From positions 1,568,001 to 1,632,000 of the forward strand of contig CAVVXN010000005.1 in the NCBI GenBank assembly GCA_963752285.1: 64,000 nucleotides of DNA, read 5' to 3'. Position numbers and translations under genes: made by a program. The stretch is from an uncultured Planctomycetota bacterium. Its GTDB lineage: Bacteria > Planctomycetota > PLA2 > JAEUHO01. This document shows, piece by piece, positions 21,302 to 30,269 of this stretch (position 1 is its first letter; every line of letters begins with the position of its first letter). A model generated the notes under the pieces. That model was given only the letters and a program-made list of their open reading frames with translations. It was not told the origin of the DNA and ran no database searches.

Positions 21302-22318
21302 TCAGGGAAGACGGGTGAACCGGATCGCGACGCGCTCCACGCCGTTCGTCTCGGCGGGCTCGACCTCGACCACGCCGTCTTTCGCGTCGAGGAACCGCTC
21401 CGCCGGCACGTAGACGACGCCGACGGGGTCGTCGAACGCCAGGTCCGAGTCGACGACCTCGAGGAGGAGACCGTCCCCCGTCCCCGAACGGACCCGCCCC
21501 TCGAGCGCGACGTCGTCCCACGCGAGCGTCAGGTCGTCGCGGCCCGCCTCGGAGGTCAGCACCTGGCCGCCGAGCCACGACACGTGGAGGACGAGGTCGG
21601 GCTTCGCCATCTCGAGGGCGGGCGCGCGGGCCGGCGCGGGCACGTGGGGGAGCTTCGCGAGGGGGTTCCTCCCCACGTCCCAGTCGCCGCCCTCGGGCCG
21701 GTGCGCACGGGCGGTGACCTCGAGACGGTCCACGCGGAGCGCGACCGGCGCGGCGCGCGAGGCGTCCTCCACGCGCACGACGACCTCCAGGTCGAACAGC
21801 CCGGCCGATCCCTCGAGGACGTGGAGCCCCGGCTTCGCCACGAGATCGGCCGCCGTCGCCACGGCGGCGCCGACGCGGTCGTCGTCCCGCAGGTCCTCGT
21901 CCATCACCTGGAACGAGACGCGGTCCGGACGCCGGCCCGTGGCGGGATCCGCCGTGAGCTCGAAGGAGAGCACGTAGTCGGGCGCGAACGTTCCCTGCAC
22001 GGGCTTCGACCGCGCGAGCTCCCGATCGCCCGCGAGGACCACGACGTACGGGTCGGGTCGGTTCCGGTAGGGAACGAGCGAGAGGAGGGAGAGCGACGGG
22101 TAGCCGGCCGCGGCGGCCAACGCGCGGTACGCGAGCAGGGGGATCTTCTGCTGGTCGCCGTCCCACGCCCGGCCGTCCGGCTGGAGGGGCCGGATGCGCG
22201 CGCCGATCACGGTGAGCGAGACGCGCGACGAGCTCGCCGGGTCCGCCGACACGGCCGGGCAGAGCGCCAGACCGAGTGCCAGCACGGCCGCCAGCGAACG
22301 ACGAGAGAAGATCCCCAT
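21302..22318 (-). CDS. Secreted protein with two tandem C2 domains
   Basis: Signal peptide; domain 1 LTVIGA..WDG..PDPYVVV..SKPVQGTFAP..FQVMDEDLRDDDRVG; domain 2 WD..KPDLVL..LEVVDSDLAFDDPVG. Confidence 0.8.
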   Translation of the reverse strand: MGIFSRRSLAAVLALGLALCPAVSADPASSSRVSLTVIGARIRPLQPDGRAWDGDQQKIPLLAYRALAAAAGYPSLSLLSLVPYRNRPDPYVVVLAGDRELARSKPVQGTFAPDYVLSFELTADPATGRRPDRVSFQVMDEDLRDDDRVGAAVATAADLVAKPGLHVLEGSAGLFDLEVVVRVEDASRAAPVALRVDRLEVTARAHRPEGGDWDVGRNPLAKLPHVPAPARAPALEMAKPDLVLHVSWLGGQVLTSEAGRDDLTLAWDDVALEGRVRSGTGDGLLLEVVDSDLAFDDPVGVVYVPAERFLDAKDGVVEVEPAETNGVERVAIRFTRLP

Positions 22319-22402
22319 GGCGCCCTCCCAGATGGCGCCCATGGTACCGTCGCGCCGCCGCGGGAGCGGGACCGGGCGGAGCACGACCGAGGCGGAGGGG
22401 CG

Positions 22403-23275
22403 ATGCGGGCGCTCGTGCTGAGCGGCGGGGGGTCGAAGGGGGCCTGGCAGGCCGGGGCGATCGACCAGCTGCTCCGGGACCGCGGCCGTACGCACGACCT
22501 CTACTGCGGCGTGTCGGCCGGGGCGCTCAACGCCGCGTTCCTCTCGATGTACGGGCCGGGCGCGGAGGGTACGGGCGCGCGCGACCTGGTCGAGGTGTGG
22601 CGGTCGCTCCGCACGTCGAGCGTCCGGCGTGCGCATCGTCCCTTTGGACTTCTCGAGGGCCTCTGGCTCCCGAGCCTCTACGACAGCCACCCCCTCCAGG
22701 AGCTCGTTCGGGCGCGGATCGAACCCGCGCGCTCGGCGTCGTCCGGAAAGCGGCTGCGCGTCGGCGCGGTCTCGCTGACGACCGGCCGGTACCGACTCTT
22801 CGACGAGACCTCGCCGCACCTCGCGGACGCGGTGCTCGCGTCGTCGGCGTTCCCCGCGATGCTCGCCCCCGTCGAGGTGGACGGAGACCTCTGCACGGAC
22901 GGAGGCCTTCGCGACGTGACGCCGCTCGCCGCGGCCATCGACGCCGGGGCGACGTCGGTGGACGTGCTCCTGACGTCGCCGCCGGAGATCGCGCCGCGCC
23001 CCGTCGTCGAGGGCCGCCGGCTGAACGCGGTCCGTCTCGCCGTCCGCGCCCTCGAGATCCTCCTCCACGAGGTCGTGGAGAACGACCTCACGGTCGCCGT
23101 CCGGACGAACGAGCTCGTACGCCGGGGCGCCGCGCCGGGGAAGCGCGAGGTCCAGGTCCGGGTGCTCCGTCCCTCGGTCGCGCTGCCCGGGGACCCGCTC
23201 GACTTCTCGCCCCCCCGCATCGCCGAGATGCTCGCGCAGGGACACGCGGACGCCCGGACCTTCGACACGGTCTGA
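22403..23275 (+). CDS. Patatin-like phospholipase
   Basis: ALVLSGGGSKG (oxyanion hole), GVSAG (catalytic Ser), ASSAFP, DGG (catalytic Asp); SD GGAGG. Confidence 0.93.
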   Translation: MRALVLSGGGSKGAWQAGAIDQLLRDRGRTHDLYCGVSAGALNAAFLSMYGPGAEGTGARDLVEVWRSLRTSSVRRAHRPFGLLEGLWLPSLYDSHPLQELVRARIEPARSASSGKRLRVGAVSLTTGRYRLFDETSPHLADAVLASSAFPAMLAPVEVDGDLCTDGGLRDVTPLAAAIDAGATSVDVLLTSPPEIAPRPVVEGRRLNAVRLAVRALEILLHEVVENDLTVAVRTNELVRRGAAPGKREVQVRVLRPSVALPGDPLDFSPPRIAEMLAQGHADARTFDTV

Positions 23276-23377
23276 CCCCCGCTGCCGACGCGGGCGCGCG
23301 GCGCGCGGTCCGCGCCTCGGTTTCCGAGTCCCACGCGCCTTCTACAATCACCCGACCCCGGTCCTCGCGAGGCTCCG

Positions 23378-24703
23378 TTGCGTCGTCGTGCCCTCTTGTC
23401 CCTCCGGCCGCTCCTCGCGTTCGCCGCGCTGGCGGTCCTCTCCGTCCTCTCGGGATGGGCGGACGCGACCGTCGCGCGGGCGGGCCCGGAGGGCGGTGGC
23501 GTTGCGCCCGGCGACCCCGACGCCGCCGCGCGGGCGCGCCTCCTCGCCTACCTCTCGCACGAGCGGCGGCTGGACCTCGCCTTCCTCGAGCACCTCGGGT
23601 GGCGGGTGCTCGCGGGACGTCCCGGCACGGGGATCGTCGTGCAGGGAGGGTGGCCCGCGCGTCGCCCGACCCTGGCGGCGGCGCAGGCGGCGGGCGATCT
23701 CGAGATCCGCGTCGCGCCGGACGTCCGTGGCGACGCGGTCGGACGCTTCGCGCCACGGCTCGGCCCGCTCGCCGACTCGCGGCCCTCGCGCTCAGCGTTC
23801 AAGCACCGCGAGGCCGTGGCGGTGCGCGACGCGACGAGGAAGCTCGCCGACAACACGGAGCGCGGACGATTCACCTTCCCGAAGCTCGTCCTGATCGACA
23901 GCCCCTGGTTCCGCGTGGAGCCGCCCGAGCCGGAGTGGCGGCGCGAGGGGACGATGGCCTACGCACGGGGGTCCCCCGCGCGCGCCATCGCCGCGTTCTA
24001 CGACCGGGAGGCCGTGGCCGAGTGCTACGCCGCGCAGTGGATCGCCCTCTTCGCGACCCAGTACGAGGTCCTCGGTCCCCGGGCGTTCGACGAGGCCTAC
24101 CGCCCCGACGAGCTGGTGCTCGGCCGGCCCAACGACATCGTGGACACGCCGTTCGGCCACTACGTCACGGACGTGAACCCCTCTCCGTGGCGCGCCCTCC
24201 TGATCGCGCCGCCCGACTACGACCTCGACCCGGGCGTGGCGCTCGCGCGTCAGGGGCCCGTCGCGTTCGCCGCCGCGAGTGGCGTGGTCGAGAACGTCGA
24301 GCCGGGACTGCGCTCGAACGACAACTTCGTGATCGTGTCGGTGACGCCCGAGGCCACGGCGTGGCTGCTCGAGAACGACGGGTTCGCCGGCGTCACGGCG
24401 CGCACCGAGGCCGCGTGGGAGGCGCACGAGCGGGGACGGCGCGGCGTGGTCAAGGGCGCGTCGGGCACGGAGGCCCGCGACGAAGTGGAGGCGATCCTCT
24501 CCGAGACGCCGTTCCTCGGGATCACGCTCTACGTGCACCCGTACGGCGTGGTGCCGCTGAAGGAGATCGTCCAGCACCGCGTGGGCACGATCCAGCGGCC
24601 CGTCCGCGTACGCGTCTACCGGAACAGCGTCGAGGACGCGTTCTACCAACGCTACCGCGCCTGGTTCCGCGCCCACGCCGAGGTCGCGGAGCCCCCGCGC
24701 TGA
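23378..24703 (+). CDS. Secreted protein-glutamine gamma-glutamyltransferase (Tgl-like transglutaminase)
   Basis: Signal-like N-terminus; AIAAFY...AECYAAQWIALFATQYEVLGPRAFD and LYVHPYG resemble the catalytic Cys and His segments of Bacillus Tgl (comparison from memory). Confidence 0.6.
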   Translation: MRRRALLSLRPLLAFAALAVLSVLSGWADATVARAGPEGGGVAPGDPDAAARARLLAYLSHERRLDLAFLEHLGWRVLAGRPGTGIVVQGGWPARRPTLAAAQAAGDLEIRVAPDVRGDAVGRFAPRLGPLADSRPSRSAFKHREAVAVRDATRKLADNTERGRFTFPKLVLIDSPWFRVEPPEPEWRREGTMAYARGSPARAIAAFYDREAVAECYAAQWIALFATQYEVLGPRAFDEAYRPDELVLGRPNDIVDTPFGHYVTDVNPSPWRALLIAPPDYDLDPGVALARQGPVAFAAASGVVENVEPGLRSNDNFVIVSVTPEATAWLLENDGFAGVTARTEAAWEAHERGRRGVVKGASGTEARDEVEAILSETPFLGITLYVHPYGVVPLKEIVQHRVGTIQRPVRVRVYRNSVEDAFYQRYRAWFRAHAEVAEPPR

Positions 24704-24803
24704 GGCGGCCCTCCCGCGCGGCGCCGGCGGGCCCGCTCGTACGTCGGGACCACATCCGACGCGCCTGCGAACGTCCTTCGTGACGGTCGTTGCCGGACAG
24801 GCC

Positions 24804-27281
24804 CTACGGGGTCCCGAGTCGCACGTCGCGGACCTCGGCCCAGCCGGACTCGACGAAGAGGCCCGCGGCGCCCGCGAGCTCGCCCGGCGCGTACGGGAGC
24901 CGCCCCACCGCACGTCCGTCCACGAAGAGGGAGACGTGACGGCTGTCCACCTCGACGGCGAGGCGGACGCCCTTCTCGAGATCCAGGCCCTGGTCGCCCA
25001 GGTCCTCGCGGCGTGTCAGGAGGTCGAGCACGCGAAGGCCTTCGAGCTTGCCGCCCGCCTGGACCCCGAATGCGTCCACGACGCCGGTCCCGTCGTCGCC
25101 CACGGCCAGCCCGACGAAGCCCCGGGTGCTCATCGGCCGGAGTCGCACGGTGGCCTCGAGTCGATACGGCAGCTCGGGCGCCTCCCTCAGGAGGAGGCGC
25201 GCGCTCTCCTCGGAGCTGACCGACGCAGCGGCCTCGTCCGCCCTCCACTCGCCGGACGGCCACCACGAGAGGAGACCCGACCCCAGGGGGATCCGACGCC
25301 ACGCGAACGCGTCCGCGTGCGTCTTCGCGCGGAGGTCGTGCGACAGCTCTTCGAGGTCGGGATCGCCTCCGAGGAGGCGGCTCGCCGCACCGAGCGTGAA
25401 GAGCGCGGTGCGAGGGAAGCCGCGGTCCACGTACAGCCCCGCGGTCCGGTGAACGCGGTCCACGAAGGTCTTCTTCGTCGTCGAGATCGCCTCGAGCAGC
25501 GCGGGATCGAGCGCCTGGATCGCCCGACGGCACGCCTCGGCCACCTCGCCGAGCTTCTTCCCCTCTACGCCGGGGCAGGGCGCGCCGAGGTCGGGTGACC
25601 GCTCGATCTCCGCGAGCGCCGTCCGGTACCAGTAGAGGGACGCGTCCTTCTCGCGGCGCTGCCCGTGGAGCTCGGCCAGCTCCAGCTCCGTCCCGAGGAA
25701 GGCGGGTCGCTTCCTCCGGGCCCACCGGAGGCTCTCGAGCGCCGCGTCGAGATGCCCCAGCGCCCGCTGCTCTCGCGCGCGCTCGAGAAGCACGCTCGCC
25801 TGCTCGGGCGAGGCCGAGGCCAGCGCGCCGAGGTCGTGGATCCACGCCTGCCACCGCTTCTGGAAGTCCCCGAGGTCCTCGTGCATCGGACCGAGGACGA
25901 CCCGCTGGAACGTGGAGAGGGGGTCCTCCCGCCGGGTGGCCTTGTAGGCCTTGACGCACGCCTCGTAGAGCGCCTCGTAGGGCCGATTTCCCTTCTCGTC
26001 CTCGTAGTTCTTGAGGAAGTACACGACGCCCCAGCCCACGGGGTAGTACTCCGCGGGGTACGACGCGGCATCCGCGTACGACAGCACCTGCTCGAGCGAC
26101 GGGTCGCCCTTCCCCATCTCGCCGAGCAGGTCCTGGAGCCGTTCGGCGGGGACCAGGTTCGCCTCCACCCGCCCGAGCGGGAGTCGGCGCGCGCCCTCGA
26201 AGTAGGTGGCGGTCCCCTCGTTCAGCCAGGAGGGCACGAGGCCGGTACAGATCATGTGGACGAACTGGTGCGCCGACTCGTGGAAGAGCGTCTCCCACAT
26301 GTCGGCGTACGGACGGCCCTCGGACCGTGGATCGTACGTGGCCACCCGGTTCTCGCCCGGCACGAAGAAGCCCAGCGCGTCGCCCCCGTCGGGCTCGTGC
26401 GCCAGGAACTCCGCTTGCGTGCGGTACACGTCGATCTCGCAGCGCGCGGTCTTGGACGCGCCGGGCTTGCCGAGGAACACGCGGCAGTAGTAGTCGTGGA
26501 TCTGCTCCATCGCGGAGGCAATCTCCGACGCGTCCTTGAAGGACAGGTCGGTGCGCACGGTGTAGTTGCGCCCCTTGAGCTGCCACGCCTCCGCCCAGTC
26601 GGCGTGCTTCGGGTCCTCGCGTCGCTTGCGCCGCGCGAGCCGGCTCTCCGAATCGTCCAGGGGAACGTCGAGCCCGGTGTCGAGCAGGGCGGCGACGACG
26701 TGGTCGTCGTGGTAGAGGTGCTCGAGCAGGGCGTCCGCGTCGCCGTCGACCATGGTCCCGCGACAGCGAGACAGGCACTCCACCGCGTTCGCGTAGAGGT
26801 GGCGCTTCACGAGCTCCTTGCCGACGTCGAGCAGCCCCTGCCCGTACGACGCGAGGTCCGCCCGGTCGCCCGCCGCGAGGGGATCGAGCGCGTCGGCGCG
26901 GTGCGCCCGCGCGTCGAGGTCGGTGCCGCCGAGCCCGTCCCGGAGCGCGACGACCAGCGCGCGGTCCGCGTACCACAGCGCTTCGTCCGCGCGGCCCGCC
27001 GCCTCGGCCACCCGCGACGCGAGGTCGAGCGCGTCGAGCATCTCGGGTTCCGTCTCGCACGCGAGAACCGCCTCGGTCCACGCGTCGTCGAGCTCCTTCC
27101 GGGACAGGTGGGCCTCGCCGGCGGTCACGTGCGAACGGGCGTCGGCGTCCGGTGCGCTCCCGGGATCGGCGACGGCCCGGCGGGGCCCCGTTCCGAGCGC
27201 CATGACGGCGAGCACGGCGACCGTGTACGCCCCCACCCGGCGTGCCCACGGGAGGTGGGCAACCCGCAACGTCACGTCCAT
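24804..27281 (-). CDS. Exported TPR-containing HExxH metallopeptidase-like protein (DUF1570/peptidase MA-like)
   Basis: Signal peptide; helical repeats; TLFHESAHQF...PSWLNEGTATYFE; C-terminal beta-rich domain. Confidence 0.78.
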   Translation of the reverse strand: MDVTLRVAHLPWARRVGAYTVAVLAVMALGTGPRRAVADPGSAPDADARSHVTAGEAHLSRKELDDAWTEAVLACETEPEMLDALDLASRVAEAAGRADEALWYADRALVVALRDGLGGTDLDARAHRADALDPLAAGDRADLASYGQGLLDVGKELVKRHLYANAVECLSRCRGTMVDGDADALLEHLYHDDHVVAALLDTGLDVPLDDSESRLARRKRREDPKHADWAEAWQLKGRNYTVRTDLSFKDASEIASAMEQIHDYYCRVFLGKPGASKTARCEIDVYRTQAEFLAHEPDGGDALGFFVPGENRVATYDPRSEGRPYADMWETLFHESAHQFVHMICTGLVPSWLNEGTATYFEGARRLPLGRVEANLVPAERLQDLLGEMGKGDPSLEQVLSYADAASYPAEYYPVGWGVVYFLKNYEDEKGNRPYEALYEACVKAYKATRREDPLSTFQRVVLGPMHEDLGDFQKRWQAWIHDLGALASASPEQASVLLERAREQRALGHLDAALESLRWARRKRPAFLGTELELAELHGQRREKDASLYWYRTALAEIERSPDLGAPCPGVEGKKLGEVAEACRRAIQALDPALLEAISTTKKTFVDRVHRTAGLYVDRGFPRTALFTLGAASRLLGGDPDLEELSHDLRAKTHADAFAWRRIPLGSGLLSWWPSGEWRADEAAASVSSEESARLLLREAPELPYRLEATVRLRPMSTRGFVGLAVGDDGTGVVDAFGVQAGGKLEGLRVLDLLTRREDLGDQGLDLEKGVRLAVEVDSRHVSLFVDGRAVGRLPYAPGELAGAAGLFVESGWAEVRDVRLGTP

Positions 27282-27421
27282 GGCTCATTCCTCCGACCAG
27301 GACGGGGTCGAGACTACGCCCGTGCGGAACGAGGGTCCAGCGCGAACGCGGCGCGTCTCGACCCCGGCGCGAGACCCCCTCCGACGCGACGCGGCCCGCT
27401 GCGGACCCCGCGGCGCAAAGG

Positions 27422-27444
27422 CCGCGAATACCGCGAATACCGCG
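27422..27444. repeat. Short tandem repeat (CCGCGAATA)x2.5, intergenic
   Basis: ccgcgaata ccgcgaata ccgcg read directly. Confidence 0.6.
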
Positions 27445-27474
27445 TGCGGGCGCCGTCGGGGCGCCCCGGGGGAA

Positions 27475-29142
27475 TCAGGCGTAGGGCGTGTACGAGGGCT
27501 CGAACATGAGGCCGCGGACGTGCTCCCTCAGGTCGTCGGGCCGGGGCGCGCGCGCGAGGCCACGTTCGTACGCGACCTGCGCGACCTCGGTCGCGATCGT
27601 GAGCGAGACCTCGCGGATGCGCGTGAGCGAGGGGTAGACGCGTCCGATCCGCAGGTCGTCCGCGGACACCTCGGACGCGAGCGCCTTGGCTGACGTGTAG
27701 AACATCTCGTCGGTGACGCGCGACGCCTGCACGGCGATCGCGGCGAGGCCCACGCCCGGGAAGATGTACGCGTTGTTCCCCTGGCCGGGCACGAACGTCC
27801 GTCCGCCCACGTCCACCGGGTCGAAGGGGCTCCCGCTCGCGAAGACCGCGGCGCCGTCGCTCCACTCGTAGGCCTGACGCGCGGTGCACTCCGACTTCGA
27901 GGTCGGGTTGGAGAGCGCGAAGACGATGGGGCGCTCGTTCACGCGCGCCATGGCGCGGACCACGGGCTCCGTGAACGAACGGGCGACCGTCGAGACGCCG
28001 ATCAGTCCGGCGGGACGCAGCGCTTCGACGGCCGAGAGGAGATCGGGGAGGAACGCGTGATCGTGCGCGTACGGCTTCTTGTGGTCCGCGAGGTCCGTTC
28101 GGGCGCGGCACACGAGACCCTTCGAGTCGAGGAACCAGCACTGGCGCCGGGCGGCCTCGGGGGTCAGCCCCTGGTCCACCATGCCCGCGACGATCGTGTC
28201 GGCGATCCCGATGCCGGCCTCGCCGGCGCCGAGGAACAGGAACCGGCAGTCCGTGAGACGGCGGTTCGTGAGCCGGAGCGCGGACAGGATGCCGGCCAGC
28301 GCGACCGCTCCCGTTCCCTGGATGTCGTCGTCGAAGCAGCAGACGCGATCCCGGTAGTCCGCGAGCAGGCGGAAGGCATTCGTCGTGGCGAAGTCCTCGA
28401 GCTGCACCACCAGGTTGGGGAACCGGTCGGTCAGCGCGCTCACGAGCTCGTCGAAGAGCTCGTCGAACTCGCGCCCGCGGAGCCGGCGACGCGGGACGCC
28501 CGTGTAGAGCGGGTCGTCGAGCAACGTCTGGTTGTTCGTCCCGACGTCGAGCGTCACGGGGAGGCACTGCGTCGGATCGATCCCGGCGCAGGCGGTGTAG
28601 AGCGAGAGCTTCCCGACGGGAATGCCCATCCCGAACGCGCCGAGGTCGCCCAGGCCGAGGATGCGCTCGCCGTCGGTCACCACGACGATGCGGACGTCGT
28701 CGTGCGGCCAGTTCACGAGCAGGTCCGCCACGCGCCCCCGGTCGTCGGCGGAGACGTAGAGCCCGCGCGGCCTGCGGAAGATGTGGCCGTACGTCTGGCA
28801 CGCCTGGCCCACCGTCGGCGTGTAGATGATGGGCATCACCGCGCCGAGGTGGTCCATCACCACGCGATAGAACAGCGTCTCGTTCCGGTCCTGCAGCGAC
28901 ACCAGCTCGATGTAGCGGGCGAGGTCGTTCGGCTGCCGCGCCAGGTTTTCCATGACGCGCTGAACCTGGAGATCCTGCGTCATCGGGCGCGGGGGCAGGA
29001 GCCCGCGGAGGCCGAGCTGCTCGCGCTCCGCCTCCGTGAAGGCCGTTCCCTTGTTGCGGACCGGGTCGTGGAGGAGGTGGACGCCGCGCGGGAAGACCGG
29101 CGGGACGGCGTGGGTGCGCTCGAGGCGGGATGCGGTGCTCAT
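27475..29142 (-). CDS. maeA: NAD(P)-dependent malic enzyme (large-subunit, MaeA type)
   Basis: NKGTAF, LQDRNETLFY, PIIYTPTVG, VTDGERILGLGDLG, QLEDF, DDIQGTG, GAGEAG, LSNPTSKSEC, GQGNNAYIFPG. Confidence 0.95.
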   Translation of the reverse strand: MSTASRLERTHAVPPVFPRGVHLLHDPVRNKGTAFTEAEREQLGLRGLLPPRPMTQDLQVQRVMENLARQPNDLARYIELVSLQDRNETLFYRVVMDHLGAVMPIIYTPTVGQACQTYGHIFRRPRGLYVSADDRGRVADLLVNWPHDDVRIVVVTDGERILGLGDLGAFGMGIPVGKLSLYTACAGIDPTQCLPVTLDVGTNNQTLLDDPLYTGVPRRRLRGREFDELFDELVSALTDRFPNLVVQLEDFATTNAFRLLADYRDRVCCFDDDIQGTGAVALAGILSALRLTNRRLTDCRFLFLGAGEAGIGIADTIVAGMVDQGLTPEAARRQCWFLDSKGLVCRARTDLADHKKPYAHDHAFLPDLLSAVEALRPAGLIGVSTVARSFTEPVVRAMARVNERPIVFALSNPTSKSECTARQAYEWSDGAAVFASGSPFDPVDVGGRTFVPGQGNNAYIFPGVGLAAIAVQASRVTDEMFYTSAKALASEVSADDLRIGRVYPSLTRIREVSLTIATEVAQVAYERGLARAPRPDDLREHVRGLMFEPSYTPYA

Positions 29143-29324
29143 GCTCCCGAGGATAGATCGTCGGCTTCCGGCCCCAAGCGCGGACGAGGCGCCTTCCCGC
29201 CCGACACCCGTTCGCACGCGAAGCGTCTTCGTGCCTCGCCGCGGCGGGCGGGTCGCGCGCGGCGTACCATCGCGGGGGGCCGCGCGGACGACGCCGGACG
29301 CGGGGCCCGGAGGAGCCCGGCCGG

Positions 29325-29876
29325 ATGCGCACGTTCCTGGCGACCACGCTCTCTGCGGCGTGCCTGCTCCTCGCGCTCGGCCGAACGGCGCGCGCGGGCC
29401 CGGGGTCGGACCCTCGTGGCCCGTCGCCGGCCCCGGCCGCCCCGCCGCCGACGTGGCGGTGGCAGGCCGTCCCGGTCTACGAGGACGTCGAGGTCCCCGT
29501 CACCGAACGGAGGAAGAAGCCGCTCGTGCGCATCCGATTCGTGCCGCGCTACGAGGTGATCGTGGAGCCGGTGTACGGAGAGCGGCGCGTCCCCGTCGTG
29601 AAGCGGGTCGTGGACCCGGCGACCGGAGCCGCCCGGGATGTGGTCGTCGGCGAGCGCACGGTGCGCGTCGTGGCCCACGAGAGGCGCCGGCGCCACCTCG
29701 TGCGGTACGACCCCGTCGAGGTGCCGATCGGTTGCACGTGGGAGACCGTCACCACGGGTACGAGGAAGGTGCACGTGCTGAAGGGTTGGCGGTGGGCACG
29801 CGTTCTCGTCGCCGACACGCCGACCGGGTCGCCCGCCGCGGCGACCCTTGACGACGGCGCGGCGGCGACGCGCTGA
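29325..29876 (+). CDS. Secreted Val/Pro/Arg-rich periodic protein (predicted long beta-hairpin)
   Basis: Signal peptide; Pro every 8 residues, DPATG turn, then a 9-residue period; SD GGAGGAG. Confidence 0.7.
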   Translation: MRTFLATTLSAACLLLALGRTARAGPGSDPRGPSPAPAAPPPTWRWQAVPVYEDVEVPVTERRKKPLVRIRFVPRYEVIVEPVYGERRVPVVKRVVDPATGAARDVVVGERTVRVVAHERRRRHLVRYDPVEVPIGCTWETVTTGTRKVHVLKGWRWARVLVADTPTGSPAAATLDDGAAATR

Positions 29877-29980
29877 CCGCTGCGGGCCGCGCGTCCATCG
29901 CGCGCGGTTCGTGATGGCGATGGACCTCGGCACGTTCGTGAAGGACCAGATGCCGCCGCGCGGCGCGCGCCGGCCGTGCC

Positions 29981-30196
29981 CTACCGCCCCTCGATGTCGT
30001 CGATCGCGGCCTCCACGTCGGCGAGGCGTGCGCGGAGCGCCTCGATCTCGGCGGGGCTTCGCTCGTCGGGCGCGTGTCGCGACGCCCCCGTTCGGACCCG
30101 CGCGGAGCGCGGCGGCGGACCGCCCACGACGGGGAGCGACGCCACCGCGGTGAGGAGGACCGTTGCGAGGAGGAGGGTCGAGCGCGGCCGCCGCAT
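29981..30196 (-). CDS. Small hypothetical protein with signal peptide and coiled coil (possible remnant)
   Basis: Hydrophobic N-terminus; EIEALRARLADVEAAIDDIE heptads. Confidence 0.35.
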   Translation of the reverse strand: MRRPRSTLLLATVLLTAVASLPVVGGPPPRSARVRTGASRHAPDERSPAEIEALRARLADVEAAIDDIEGR

Positions 30197-30269
30197 CCGG
30201 GAATCCATCGAGAGCCGCCCCTATCGGCCACGCGGCCCCCGGGCGAGAACCCCCGCCCTCGTGACGGGG

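Noticed and set aside
20117..23275. 1052-aa ORF suggesting a long N-terminal extension on the patatin
   Set aside because: The extension is antisense to the C2 and Zn-ribbon genes; SD and ATG at 22403 mark the true start
22403..23275. CBASS CapV effector
   Set aside because: No CD-NTase or cap accessory genes nearby
29848..30208. TAG readthrough or recoding of the small 29981-30196 ORF
   Set aside because: The in-frame sequence after TAG is not protein-like and there is no recoding machinery in the window
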